A stretch of DNA of 64,000 nt, from assembly GCA_016869515.1 (NCBI GenBank), contig VGDZ01000010.1, forward strand, positions 238 to 64,237. Reading direction: 5' to 3'. The notes below the pieces were generated by a model, which did no database searches, was not told the DNA's origin, and worked only from the letters and a program-made list of their open reading frames with translations. Position 1 is the first letter of the stretch. Each line of letters begins with the position of its first letter. This document shows, in pieces, positions 1-8,571 of this stretch. A program made the position numbers and the translations under genes. Source of the DNA: Alphaproteobacteria bacterium. Lineage in GTDB: Bacteria > Pseudomonadota > Alphaproteobacteria > VGDZ01.

Positions 1-242
1 TGCTGCATCCGCTGGGCCAGGATTCCCCGGTGGCGGGCTTCCTGGCGCGCAACCCGTCCGGCGGCATGCACCATGTCTGCTACGAGGTCGAGGACATCCT
101 GGCGGCGCGGGACAAGCTCAAGGCCGCGGGCGCGCGGGTATTGGGCGACGGCCAGCCCAAGATCGGCGCCCACGACAAGCCGGTCTTGTTCCTGCATCCC
201 AAGGATTTCTGCGGCACCCTGGTCGAAATCGAGCAGGCCTGA
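1..242 (+). CDS. mce: Methylmalonyl-CoA epimerase (5' truncated by window edge)
   Basis: LHPLGQDSPVAGFLARNPSGGMHHVCYEV...GAHDKPVLFLHPKDFCGTLVEIEQ, a VOC-fold epimerase C-terminus; reading frame is open to the window start. Confidence 0.92.
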   Translation, partial: LHPLGQDSPVAGFLARNPSGGMHHVCYEVEDILAARDKLKAAGARVLGDGQPKIGAHDKPVLFLHPKDFCGTLVEIEQA

Positions 243-256
243 GGGGTGGGACGGCG

Positions 257-487
257 ATGACCTGGTATGCGCTGGTCGCGATCTACCTGATCGTCTGGTG
301 GCTGGTGCTGTTCGCGGTGCTGCCGTTCGGCGTGCGGCGCGACGAGTCGCCCGAGACCGGGCACGATCCCGGCGCGCCGCAGCGGCCGATGCTGCTGCGC
401 AAGTTCGCCGCCACCACCGTCATCGCCTCGGTCATCTGCGGCGCGCTGTATTGGGCCTACGAATCGGGGCTGCTGTCCTTGCGCTAG
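257..487 (+). CDS. DUF1467-family small membrane protein
   Basis: YLIVWWLVLFAVLPFGVR...G.DPGAP..P motif; usual position between mce and proS in Alphaproteobacteria. Confidence 0.85.
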   Translation: MTWYALVAIYLIVWWLVLFAVLPFGVRRDESPETGHDPGAPQRPMLLRKFAATTVIASVICGALYWAYESGLLSLR

Positions 488-621
488 ACCGCGATCGGTT
501 TGCATGGAATCAAAGACGCTATTCCATGCAAACCGTGAATCGCGGTCCAGAGCGGGATACGAGGGCATGATTCACGATCTGTCTTGAACTCTATGGTTCA
601 AGACAGATTGATCATGCCCTA
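484..621. repeat. Double bulged-palindrome intergenic repeat (CIR/REP-like)
   Basis: Hairpin 484-550 (CTAGACCGCGAT-CGGTTTGCATGGAAT-loop-ATTCCATGCAAACCG-tga-ATCGCGGTCCAG) and hairpin 562-620 (AGGGCATGAT-tca-CGATCTGTCTTGAAC-loop-GTTCAAGACAGATTG-ATCATGCCCT); lies between convergent genes; contains GANTC sites. Confidence 0.85.
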
Positions 622-1497
622 TACGGTCCGTTTCGACTTGTCCTTCTGGTTGGCTTGGCGGATCGAATCCCGGATCTCGGCCCAATCCTTGTCCGCCAGC
701 GCCGCCAGATGGCCGAAGCCGCCGGCGGTGTTGAGCCATTGCCCGCCGTCGATGGCGATGATCTCGCCGGTCAAGTATTCGCACTCCTCCGACAGCAGGA
801 AGGCCGCCAGATTGGCCAGTTCGGGATGCTTGCCGACCCGCCGCAGCGGGATCGCCTGGCTGCGGTCGCGCGCCGCCAAGGGGCCGGTGGGCGACAGCCG
901 CGCCCAGGCGCCCTCGGTCGGAAACGGCCCCGGGGCGATGGCGTTGAGGCGGATGCCGCGCGGCCCCCATTCCACCGCCAGGCTCTTGGTCATGGCGGCG
1001 ACGCCGGCCTTGGACATGGCCGAGGGCACGACATAGGGCGAACCGGTCCACACCCAGGTCACCAGGACCGACAGCACGCTGGCCTTGCGGTTCTCCTTCA
1101 GCCAGCGCTTGCCGCAGGCATTGGTCATGTAGAAGGTGCCGTGCAGCACGATGCCGGCGATGGCATCGAAAGCCCGCGCCGACAAGTCCTCGGTGCGCGA
1201 GATGAAGTTGCCGGCGGCGTTGTTGACCAGGGCATCGAGCGGCCCCTCGCGCCAAATTTCTTCGACCGTCTCCTCGACCGCCTCGGCGACGCGGATGTCG
1301 CAGGCATGGACACTGACGCGGCCGCCATGGGCCTTGACCAGCTCGGCCGCGGTCTCCTCCAGCACCGGCTTGCGCCGGCCGAGGATGGCGACCTCGGCGC
1401 CGAGCTGAAGGAACTTGGCGACCATGGTCTTGCCGAGGCCGGTGCCGCCGCCGGTCACTAGGATGCGCTTGCCCTTGAGCAGATTGTCGCGGAACAT
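619..1497 (-). CDS. SDR oxidoreductase, 2,4-dienoyl-CoA reductase-like
   Basis: TGGGTGLG, NNAAGNF, PSAMSKAG, IAPGPFPT motifs. Confidence 0.9.
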   Translation of the reverse strand: MFRDNLLKGKRILVTGGGTGLGKTMVAKFLQLGAEVAILGRRKPVLEETAAELVKAHGGRVSVHACDIRVAEAVEETVEEIWREGPLDALVNNAAGNFISRTEDLSARAFDAIAGIVLHGTFYMTNACGKRWLKENRKASVLSVLVTWVWTGSPYVVPSAMSKAGVAAMTKSLAVEWGPRGIRLNAIAPGPFPTEGAWARLSPTGPLAARDRSQAIPLRRVGKHPELANLAAFLLSEECEYLTGEIIAIDGGQWLNTAGGFGHLAALADKDWAEIRDSIRQANQKDKSKRTV

Positions 1498-1555
1498 GGA
1501 GGCGGTTTCCTTTGCCGTTAAGGTCTCGCTAACCCCGCCATGCTATCCTCTTGGC

Positions 1556-1975
1556 ATGCGGAGCACAGCGATTCTTGTCGCGTTCTCGGTGCTGGCGTTT
1601 GGAGCCCGGGCGCAGACGGTGGTGGTGACGCGCAGCGACTGCGCGCTACTGACCAGGCATGTGCCGGCAGCCGACGTCGCCTTCAAGCCTGGGGTCGATG
1701 TCCATGGCCGGCCGGTGGCGCCGGCCGATCTGCCGGGCGGCGCGACGGTGGCGGTTCCCAACGAAATCGGCATCGACATCACTTTGCCGCTGCGGAAGTT
1801 CGCCGAGACCGCCGGGCGCTATCGCTGGGAGGCCGGCACCACCACGCTGGCGCGCATCACCTACGACATCGGCGCCAACCGGCTGATGCTGGACGGCCAG
1901 CCGCTGGGCGATCCGGTGGCGCATGCCATCGCCGAACTTTGCGCCGGCCGCCAGGGGCAGGGAGCGCGCCGATGA
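1556..1975 (+). CDS. Secreted hypothetical protein
   Basis: Signal peptide MRSTAILVAFSVLAFGARA; H.P..DV.FKPGVDVHGRPVAPADL segment; two Cys; stop overlaps next start (ATGA). Confidence 0.75.
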   Translation: MRSTAILVAFSVLAFGARAQTVVVTRSDCALLTRHVPAADVAFKPGVDVHGRPVAPADLPGGATVAVPNEIGIDITLPLRKFAETAGRYRWEAGTTTLARITYDIGANRLMLDGQPLGDPVAHAIAELCAGRQGQGARR

Positions 1976-3303
1976 GCGGGCCTCGACCCGAGAGCGCCGC
2001 CGAGCGCGAGCGCCAGATCCGCCATGAGGAAGTGCGCTCGCTCTACCAGGTGTCGGCCGCGGCGCGGTTCACGCCGGCCGTGGTCTACGCCGCGCTGGTG
2101 CTGCCGTTCTACGATCGCGTCAGCGCGGCGGCGCTGGTCGGCCTGACCCTGGCCTATGTCGCGGTGCAGTTGGTCTTCGTCTGGATCCGACGGCGCTACG
2201 CCCGAGCCCGGGCCGAGACCGAGATCTTCGCCCGCGATTTCCGCCTGGTGACGTTGCTCAGTGGCCTGTTGTGGGGAGCGACCGGCGCCTGGCTCTTGAG
2301 CCTCGGCACGCTGGAGGAACAGGTCTTCGTCGGCGCGGTGCTGGTGGTCACCGCGTTCGGGCACGTCGTCAGCCGGGCGGTCGATCTGCCGGCGGTGCTG
2401 GCGTGGATCGTGCCGGTGATCTTGCCGGCGGCGATCTATGTCGGCCTGCAGCGCGACCCGATCCTGCTGGCGCTCAGCGTGATGGCTTTCGCCGGACTGA
2501 TCCTGGGCATCGTCTGGGCGCGCTCGATCGGCCAGCGCCATCGGCAACTGATCGAACTGCGCTTCGCCAACCTGGAATTGATCTCCGATCTCAAGGGCAT
2601 GCGATCGAAGCTGGAAGAGGAAAGCCGCACCAAGGACAAGATGCTGTCGGTGATCGCCCACGACCTGCAGACGCCGTTCAACGTCCTGCTGGGGTTCTCC
2701 GAAATCCTGGCCGAGCACGGGCCGCGGCTGGGCGGCGAGAAGGTGGCCGACTACGGCCGCGCCATGCACGACGCCGGCCGGCGCGTGCATACGCTGCTGC
2801 AGAACCTGCTGCACTGGACGCGGCTGCAGATGGATCGCGTGGCGTTCGATCCGGCGCCGCGCGATTTGCGCGAGCTGGTGCAGGCCAGCCTGGACCCCTT
2901 GGCCTATGTCGCCGCCGCCAAGTCGATCGCGCTGGCGGTCGACATGCCGGAGCTGCGGGTGCGGGTCGATTCCGCCTTGGCCGAACTGGTGTTGCGCAAT
3001 CTGGTCGCCAACGCCATCAAGTTCTCGCGCGAGGGCGGCACGGTCACGATCTCGGCCGATGCCCGCGACGGCCGGGCCGAAATCGCCGTCGCCGACCAGG
3101 GCGTCGGCATGAGCCCGGAGCAGATCGACGACCTGTTCAAGTACGACAAGGTGGTGACCACCAAGGGCACGGCGCTGGAGCCGGGTTCGGGGCTGGGTTT
3201 GATGCTGGTCAAGGACGCGGTCGAGCGCCATGGCGGAAAAATCGCCGTCGACAGCGTGCCGGAGCGGGGCTCGGTGTTCCGCTTCACCTTGCCGCTGGCA
3301 TAA
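1972..3303 (+). CDS. Membrane-bound sensor histidine kinase (multi-TM, HisKA + HATPase)
   Basis: Several hydrophobic segments; H-box AHDLQTPF, N-box NLVANAIKF, DQGVG, GSGLGL. Confidence 0.9.
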   Translation: MSGPRPESAAERERQIRHEEVRSLYQVSAAARFTPAVVYAALVLPFYDRVSAAALVGLTLAYVAVQLVFVWIRRRYARARAETEIFARDFRLVTLLSGLLWGATGAWLLSLGTLEEQVFVGAVLVVTAFGHVVSRAVDLPAVLAWIVPVILPAAIYVGLQRDPILLALSVMAFAGLILGIVWARSIGQRHRQLIELRFANLELISDLKGMRSKLEEESRTKDKMLSVIAHDLQTPFNVLLGFSEILAEHGPRLGGEKVADYGRAMHDAGRRVHTLLQNLLHWTRLQMDRVAFDPAPRDLRELVQASLDPLAYVAAAKSIALAVDMPELRVRVDSALAELVLRNLVANAIKFSREGGTVTISADARDGRAEIAVADQGVGMSPEQIDDLFKYDKVVTTKGTALEPGSGLGLMLVKDAVERHGGKIAVDSVPERGSVFRFTLPLA

Positions 3304-3312
3304 GGATCGAGC

Positions 3313-5241
3313 GTGGCCGACTTCATGATGCGACCGCGGTCGCGGTTCTGGCTGCTATGCCTGGCGATCTTCGTCGGGCTGGAAAGCCTGGATCGCGTGA
3401 CGCTGGCGTTGTGGGTCGGGTTGAGCGATCGCCCGGCGATTCCGTCCCTGTTCGCGGCGGTGCCGCTTGGAATCATCGAGGATCTGGGCATGGCCTTGGT
3501 GCTCGGCGGCCCGTTCCTGGCCGGGCTGGTGGCGCTGGCGCCGCTATGGCGGCGGCGGGGTTTCGCGATCGCGGCGCACGCCCTGTTGCTGGTGTTGCTG
3601 GTCGGCGTCTGCTTCGAGCAATTGGCCGATCTGGTGTTCTGGAACGAATTCGACAGCCGCTTCAATTCGATCGCCGTCAACTACGTCATGTTTCCGCGCG
3701 AGGTGATCGGCAATATCCGCCAGTCGTTCAGTCCCTGGTTGCTGCTGCCGTCGGCGATCGGCGGCGTCGCGCTGTATGGGCTGCTGTTTCGGTCCTACCG
3801 CGCGGCGTTGGCGGCGCCGGACTTCCCGGGCGATGCGCGGCGGGCTTGGCTGGTGGCGCCCTTGGCCATGGCGCTGGGCTGGGGGCTGGCGGTGTGGGAG
3901 CCGCGCTGGGGCGTCGAAGGCCGCATCGCCGGCGAGATCGCCGCCAACGGCATCAAGTCGCTGGCCAGCGCGGCGCTGACCGACGACCAGGCCTATGACG
4001 GCATTTATCTCGGCATGGACGATGCCCGCGCCCGCCGCCTGGTGCGCGAGATGGTGGCCCAGGACAATGCGCGCTTTCTCGATCCGGCGCCCTCGGGCGA
4101 TCTGCGCCGGCAGGTGACCCAGGCTAAGAAACCTTTGCGGCCGCTGAATCTGGTGCTGGTGTTCGAGGAATCCTTCGGCAGCGTCTATGTCGACTCGCTG
4201 GACAATGCGAGTGGCGAATCGATCGCGCCCGAATTGGAGCGGTTGGCCAAGGGCGGGCTGCTGTTCGAGAACATCTATGCCACGGGCAATCGAACGGTGC
4301 GGGCCTTGGAGGCGATCCTGACTTCGTTCCCGCCGATCCCCGGTATCGCGACCTCGCGCCGGCTCGCTTCGGCCGGGATGCACGCTTTGCCGGCGGTGTT
4401 GGCCGACAAGGGCTATGCCACCGCGTTCCTCTATGGCGGACGCGGCCTGTTCGACAACATGGGCGCATTCTGGCGCGGCATCGGCTTCGGCCAAGTGTGG
4501 GACCAGGGCGACATCGTCAAGCCCGGCTTCACCACGATATGGGGAGTGGCCGACGAATACCTGTTCGACGAGGCGCTGGCGCGCCTGGATCGACTGAGTG
4601 CCGGCGGCAAGCCGTTCTTCCTGGGCCTGCTGACGGTTTCCAACCATCGGCCCTATACCTATCCCGAGGGGCGCATCGCCAAGGATCCGGCCCAGAAGCG
4701 GCGTCAGAATGCCGCCAGCTATGCCGATTGGGCGTTCGGGCGCTTCGTCGAACAGGCGCGGGCAAAGCCTTGGTTCGCGGATACGCTGTTCGTGTTCGTG
4801 GGCGATCACGGGCCAAGGGTCTACGGCGCGGGCGTGGTGCCGGTGCCGTCCTATCGCGTGCCGCTGCTGGTCTATGCCCCGGCCCATATTCCGCCCGAGC
4901 GCAATGCGGTCCTGGGTTCGAGCCTCGATGTCGCGCCGACGCTGTTGGGGTTGATGGGTATCGACTACGAGAGTCCGTTTTTCGGCGTGGATCTCAAGCA
5001 CGTGCCGACAGGGGGCGGGCGGGTGGTGATGGAGCACAATTATTCGATCGCGCTGGGCGACGGCGCCAGCGTGGCGGCGATCGGTCCCGGCCAGCGCGCC
5101 ACCGGCTATGCCATGCGGCCGGGACCGCACGATCTGACGCCGGCGCCGGCGGCCGACGCCGAGACGCTGGAGCGTGTCGTGGCGTTGACCCAGACCGCGC
5201 ATCGGCTGTTCAACGCCCGGCGCTATCACCGCGCGCCTTGA
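3313..5241 (+). CDS. LTA synthase/MdoB-like sulfatase-fold membrane enzyme
   Basis: N-terminal TM helices; LVFEES, ATGNRT (Thr nucleophile), TVSNHRPY, GDHG metal motifs. Confidence 0.85.
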   Translation: MADFMMRPRSRFWLLCLAIFVGLESLDRVTLALWVGLSDRPAIPSLFAAVPLGIIEDLGMALVLGGPFLAGLVALAPLWRRRGFAIAAHALLLVLLVGVCFEQLADLVFWNEFDSRFNSIAVNYVMFPREVIGNIRQSFSPWLLLPSAIGGVALYGLLFRSYRAALAAPDFPGDARRAWLVAPLAMALGWGLAVWEPRWGVEGRIAGEIAANGIKSLASAALTDDQAYDGIYLGMDDARARRLVREMVAQDNARFLDPAPSGDLRRQVTQAKKPLRPLNLVLVFEESFGSVYVDSLDNASGESIAPELERLAKGGLLFENIYATGNRTVRALEAILTSFPPIPGIATSRRLASAGMHALPAVLADKGYATAFLYGGRGLFDNMGAFWRGIGFGQVWDQGDIVKPGFTTIWGVADEYLFDEALARLDRLSAGGKPFFLGLLTVSNHRPYTYPEGRIAKDPAQKRRQNAASYADWAFGRFVEQARAKPWFADTLFVFVGDHGPRVYGAGVVPVPSYRVPLLVYAPAHIPPERNAVLGSSLDVAPTLLGLMGIDYESPFFGVDLKHVPTGGGRVVMEHNYSIALGDGASVAAIGPGQRATGYAMRPGPHDLTPAPAADAETLERVVALTQTAHRLFNARRYHRAP

Positions 5242-5275
5242 GCCGTCCTTCGCCCTGCCATAGAGTGCGCCCGCC

Positions 5276-6616
5276 ATGACCCAAGGATTCCTCGCGCCCT
5301 CGGCGCGGCTGTCGAGTTATTTCCTGCCGGTGCTGAAGGAGAATCCGGCCGAGGCGCAGATCGTCTCGCACCGGCTGATGCTGCGCGCCGGTCTGGTGCG
5401 CCAGGCCGTGGCCGGAATCTATTCCTGGCTGCCGCTGGGCTATCGCGTGCTGAAGAAGATCGAGCAGATCGTGCGCGAGGAGCAGGACCGCGCCTTCGCC
5501 CACGAGCTGCTGATGCCGACCCTGCAGCCGGCCGAGCTGTGGCGCGAAAGCGGGCGCTACGACGACTACGGCAAGGAGATGCTGCGCATCAAGGACCGCC
5601 ACGAGCGCGACCTGCTCTACGGCCCGACCAACGAGGAGCTGATCACCGCCATCGTCCGCGCCGAGGTCCGCAGCTACAAGCAGCTGCCGCTGACGCTCTA
5701 TCACATCCAGTGGAAGTTCCGCGACGAGGTGCGGCCGCGCTTCGGCGTGATGCGCGGGCGCGAGTTCCTGATGAAGGACGCCTATTCCTTCGGCCTCGAC
5801 TACGCCCAGGCGCGCCACGCCTACAACCAGATGTTCGTGGCCTATCTGCGCACTTTCGCCCGCATGGGCCTGAAGGCGATTCCGATGCGCGCCGCCACCG
5901 GCCCGATCGGCGGCGATCTCAGCCACGAATTCATCATCCTGGCCGAGACCGGCGAAAGCGAGGTGTTCTGCCATCGCGACCTGCTCGCGCTCGATCCGCT
6001 CTCCAGCGGAGTCGACTACCGGCGCGATCTCGATCCGGTGATCGCGCCCTATACCGCGCTTTATGCCGCCACCGACGAGAAGCACGACGCCGCCACCTGT
6101 CCGGTCCCGGCCGAGCAGCTTCTGCATACCCGCGGCATCGAGGTCGGCCACATCTTCTATTTCGGCACCAAGTATTCCAAGCCGCTGGGCGCCAAGGTCG
6201 CCGGGCCCAAGGGCGAGGACATGTTCCTGGAAATGGGCTCCTACGGCATCGGCGTGTCGCGCCTGGTCGGCGGCATCATCGAGGCCAGCCACGACGCCGC
6301 CGGCATCGTCTGGCCCGAGGCGGTGGCGCCGTTCAAGGTCGGGCTGGTCAATCTCAAGCCCGACGACGCCCAGGTGACGGCGGCGGCCGAGGACCTGGCC
6401 GCCAAGCTGACGGCGCGCGGGGTCGAGGTGCTGATCGACGACGGCGACGAGCGCGCCGGCGCCAAGTTCGCCACCATGGACCTGATCGGCCTGCCCTGGC
6501 AGGCGACAGTCGGGCCGCGCGGGGTCAAGGCCGGCACGGTCGAGGTCAAGAACCGCCGCGACGGCGCGCGCCAGGAGCTGTCGGTCGAGGCGGCGGTCAA
6601 CCGCCTGGCCGGCTAG
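5276..6616 (+). CDS. proS: Proline--tRNA ligase (short alphaproteobacterial type)
   Basis: [41 protein letters not shown]. Confidence 0.98.
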   Translation: MTQGFLAPSARLSSYFLPVLKENPAEAQIVSHRLMLRAGLVRQAVAGIYSWLPLGYRVLKKIEQIVREEQDRAFAHELLMPTLQPAELWRESGRYDDYGKEMLRIKDRHERDLLYGPTNEELITAIVRAEVRSYKQLPLTLYHIQWKFRDEVRPRFGVMRGREFLMKDAYSFGLDYAQARHAYNQMFVAYLRTFARMGLKAIPMRAATGPIGGDLSHEFIILAETGESEVFCHRDLLALDPLSSGVDYRRDLDPVIAPYTALYAATDEKHDAATCPVPAEQLLHTRGIEVGHIFYFGTKYSKPLGAKVAGPKGEDMFLEMGSYGIGVSRLVGGIIEASHDAAGIVWPEAVAPFKVGLVNLKPDDAQVTAAAEDLAAKLTARGVEVLIDDGDERAGAKFATMDLIGLPWQATVGPRGVKAGTVEVKNRRDGARQELSVEAAVNRLAG

Positions 6617-6619
6617 GCA

Positions 6620-7864
6620 ATGATCTCGGCCTTCGAATGGATGATGGCGCGGCGCTACCTGCGGGCGCGGCGGCAGGAAGGTTTCATCTCGGTCATTTCC
6701 TGGTTCTCGCTGTTGGGGATCGCGCTGGGCGTGGCGACGCTGATCGTGGTGATGAGCGTGATGAACGGCTTCCGCGCCGAATTGCTGGGGCGCATCCTCG
6801 GCCTCAATGGCCACGCCATGGTGCTGGGCGAGGGTTCGTCGCTGGGCGGCTTCGGCGAGATCGCCGCCCGCATCCGCCGCATCGAGGGCGTGGTCAGCGC
6901 CACGCCGATGATCGAGGGCCAGGTGATGGTGCTGGCGCGCGACACCGCGCGCGGCGCGCTGGTGCGCGGGCTCGATCCGGCCGATCTGCGGGCGCGCGAA
7001 CTGATCGCCACCCGCATCATGTTCGGCTCGATCGACCGGCTGGGGCCCGAGGACGTGGTGATCGGCCAGCGCATGGCCTTCCGGCTGGGCTTGCGGGTCG
7101 GCCAGGAACTGACGCTGGTCTCGCCCCAGACCGCGGCCACGCCCTTCGGCACCGTGCCGCGGATGAAGACCTACCGCATCGCCGCCACCTTCGAAGTCGG
7201 CATGTTCGAATACGATTCCAGCTACATCTTCATGCCGCTGGAATCGGCGCGGCTGTTCTTCCGGGTCGATGCCGAGCGCGTCACCGGGGTCGAGGTGATG
7301 CTCGATTCGCCCGACCGCCTGCCGCGGGTGCGGGCGCAGCTGATCGCGGCCTCGGGCGGGCAGGGCCGGCTGCACGACTGGCAACAGGCCAATTCCAGCC
7401 TGTTCACCGCGGTGCAGATCGAGCGCAACGTCATGTTCCTGATCCTGACCCTGATCATCCTGGTGGCGGCGTTCAACATCATTTCGTCGCTGATCATGCT
7501 GGTGAAGGACAAGGGCCGCGACATCGCCGTGCTGCGCACCATGGGGGCGACGCGCGGCTCGATCATGCGCATCTTCCTCTTGGCGGGTTCGACCATCGGC
7601 GTGGTCGGCACCGCCGCGGGTTTCGCCTTGGGCCTCGCCTTCGCGCTCAACATCGAGGCGGTGCGGCGCTTCCTCGAAAGCCTGCTGCATATCGACCTGT
7701 TCGCGGCCGAGATCCGGTTCCTGACCCAGATCCCGGCCAAGGTCGACAGCTTCGAGGTGGCGCTGACGGTGGCGATGGCGCTGGGGCTCAGCTTCCTGGC
7801 CACGATCTATCCCTCCTGGCGGGCGGCGCGGCTCGATCCGGTCGAGGCGCTGCGTTATGAGTGA
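6620..7864 (+). CDS. lolE: Lipoprotein-releasing ABC transporter permease LolC/E
   Basis: [43 protein letters not shown]. Confidence 0.95.
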   Translation: MISAFEWMMARRYLRARRQEGFISVISWFSLLGIALGVATLIVVMSVMNGFRAELLGRILGLNGHAMVLGEGSSLGGFGEIAARIRRIEGVVSATPMIEGQVMVLARDTARGALVRGLDPADLRARELIATRIMFGSIDRLGPEDVVIGQRMAFRLGLRVGQELTLVSPQTAATPFGTVPRMKTYRIAATFEVGMFEYDSSYIFMPLESARLFFRVDAERVTGVEVMLDSPDRLPRVRAQLIAASGGQGRLHDWQQANSSLFTAVQIERNVMFLILTLIILVAAFNIISSLIMLVKDKGRDIAVLRTMGATRGSIMRIFLLAGSTIGVVGTAAGFALGLAFALNIEAVRRFLESLLHIDLFAAEIRFLTQIPAKVDSFEVALTVAMALGLSFLATIYPSWRAARLDPVEALRYE

Positions 7865-8534
7865 GGTGCCCGCGCTGCGGCTGGAAGGCGTGCGGCGGGT
7901 GTTCGAGCAGGGCGGGACGCGGCTCGAAGTCCTGAAAGGAGTCGATCTCGCGCTGGCGCCGGGCGAATTGGTGGCGCTGGTCGGGCCGTCGGGCGCCGGC
8001 AAGTCGACCCTGCTGCACGTCGCCGGCCTGTTGGAATCGCCCACCGCCGGCGGCGTCTTCGTCCAGGGCCGCGATTGCGGGCGGATGGGCGACGACGAGC
8101 GCACCCGCATCCGCCGCGACAGCATCGGCTTCGTCTACCAGTACCATCACCTTTTGCCCGAGTTCTCGGCGCTGGAAAACGTCATGCTGCCGCGGATCAT
8201 CGCCGGCAAATCGCGGGCCGAGGCGCGCGACACGGCGCGCGCGCTGCTGGCCGATCTCGGGCTGAGCGCGCGCGAAAGCCACCGCCCGGCGCGGCTTTCC
8301 GGCGGCGAGCAGCAACGCGTCGCCATCGCCCGCGCCCTGGCCAACGGCCCGGCGGTGCTGCTGGCCGACGAGCCGACCGGCAATCTCGACTCGCGCACCG
8401 CCGATACCGTGTTCGCCGAACTGGTCGATTTCGCCCGCCGCCGCAAGCTGGCGGCGCTGATCGCCACCCACAACGACCAGTTGGCGCGGCGCATGGACCG
8501 CGTGCTGCATCTGGCCGACGGCGTCGTCAGCTAG
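7857..8534 (+). CDS. lolD: Lipoprotein-releasing ABC transporter ATPase
   Basis: [22 protein letters not shown] (LolD motif), [17 protein letters not shown]. Confidence 0.95.
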   Translation: MSEVPALRLEGVRRVFEQGGTRLEVLKGVDLALAPGELVALVGPSGAGKSTLLHVAGLLESPTAGGVFVQGRDCGRMGDDERTRIRRDSIGFVYQYHHLLPEFSALENVMLPRIIAGKSRAEARDTARALLADLGLSARESHRPARLSGGEQQRVAIARALANGPAVLLADEPTGNLDSRTADTVFAELVDFARRRKLAALIATHNDQLARRMDRVLHLADGVVS

Positions 8535-8571
8535 CTTCCGAATCGCCGCGCCGGTCTGCTAGCGTCGGTCG

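Noticed and set aside
484-621. CRISPR array or tRNA
   Set aside because: Inverted rather than direct repeats, no spacers, no cas genes, no cloverleaf
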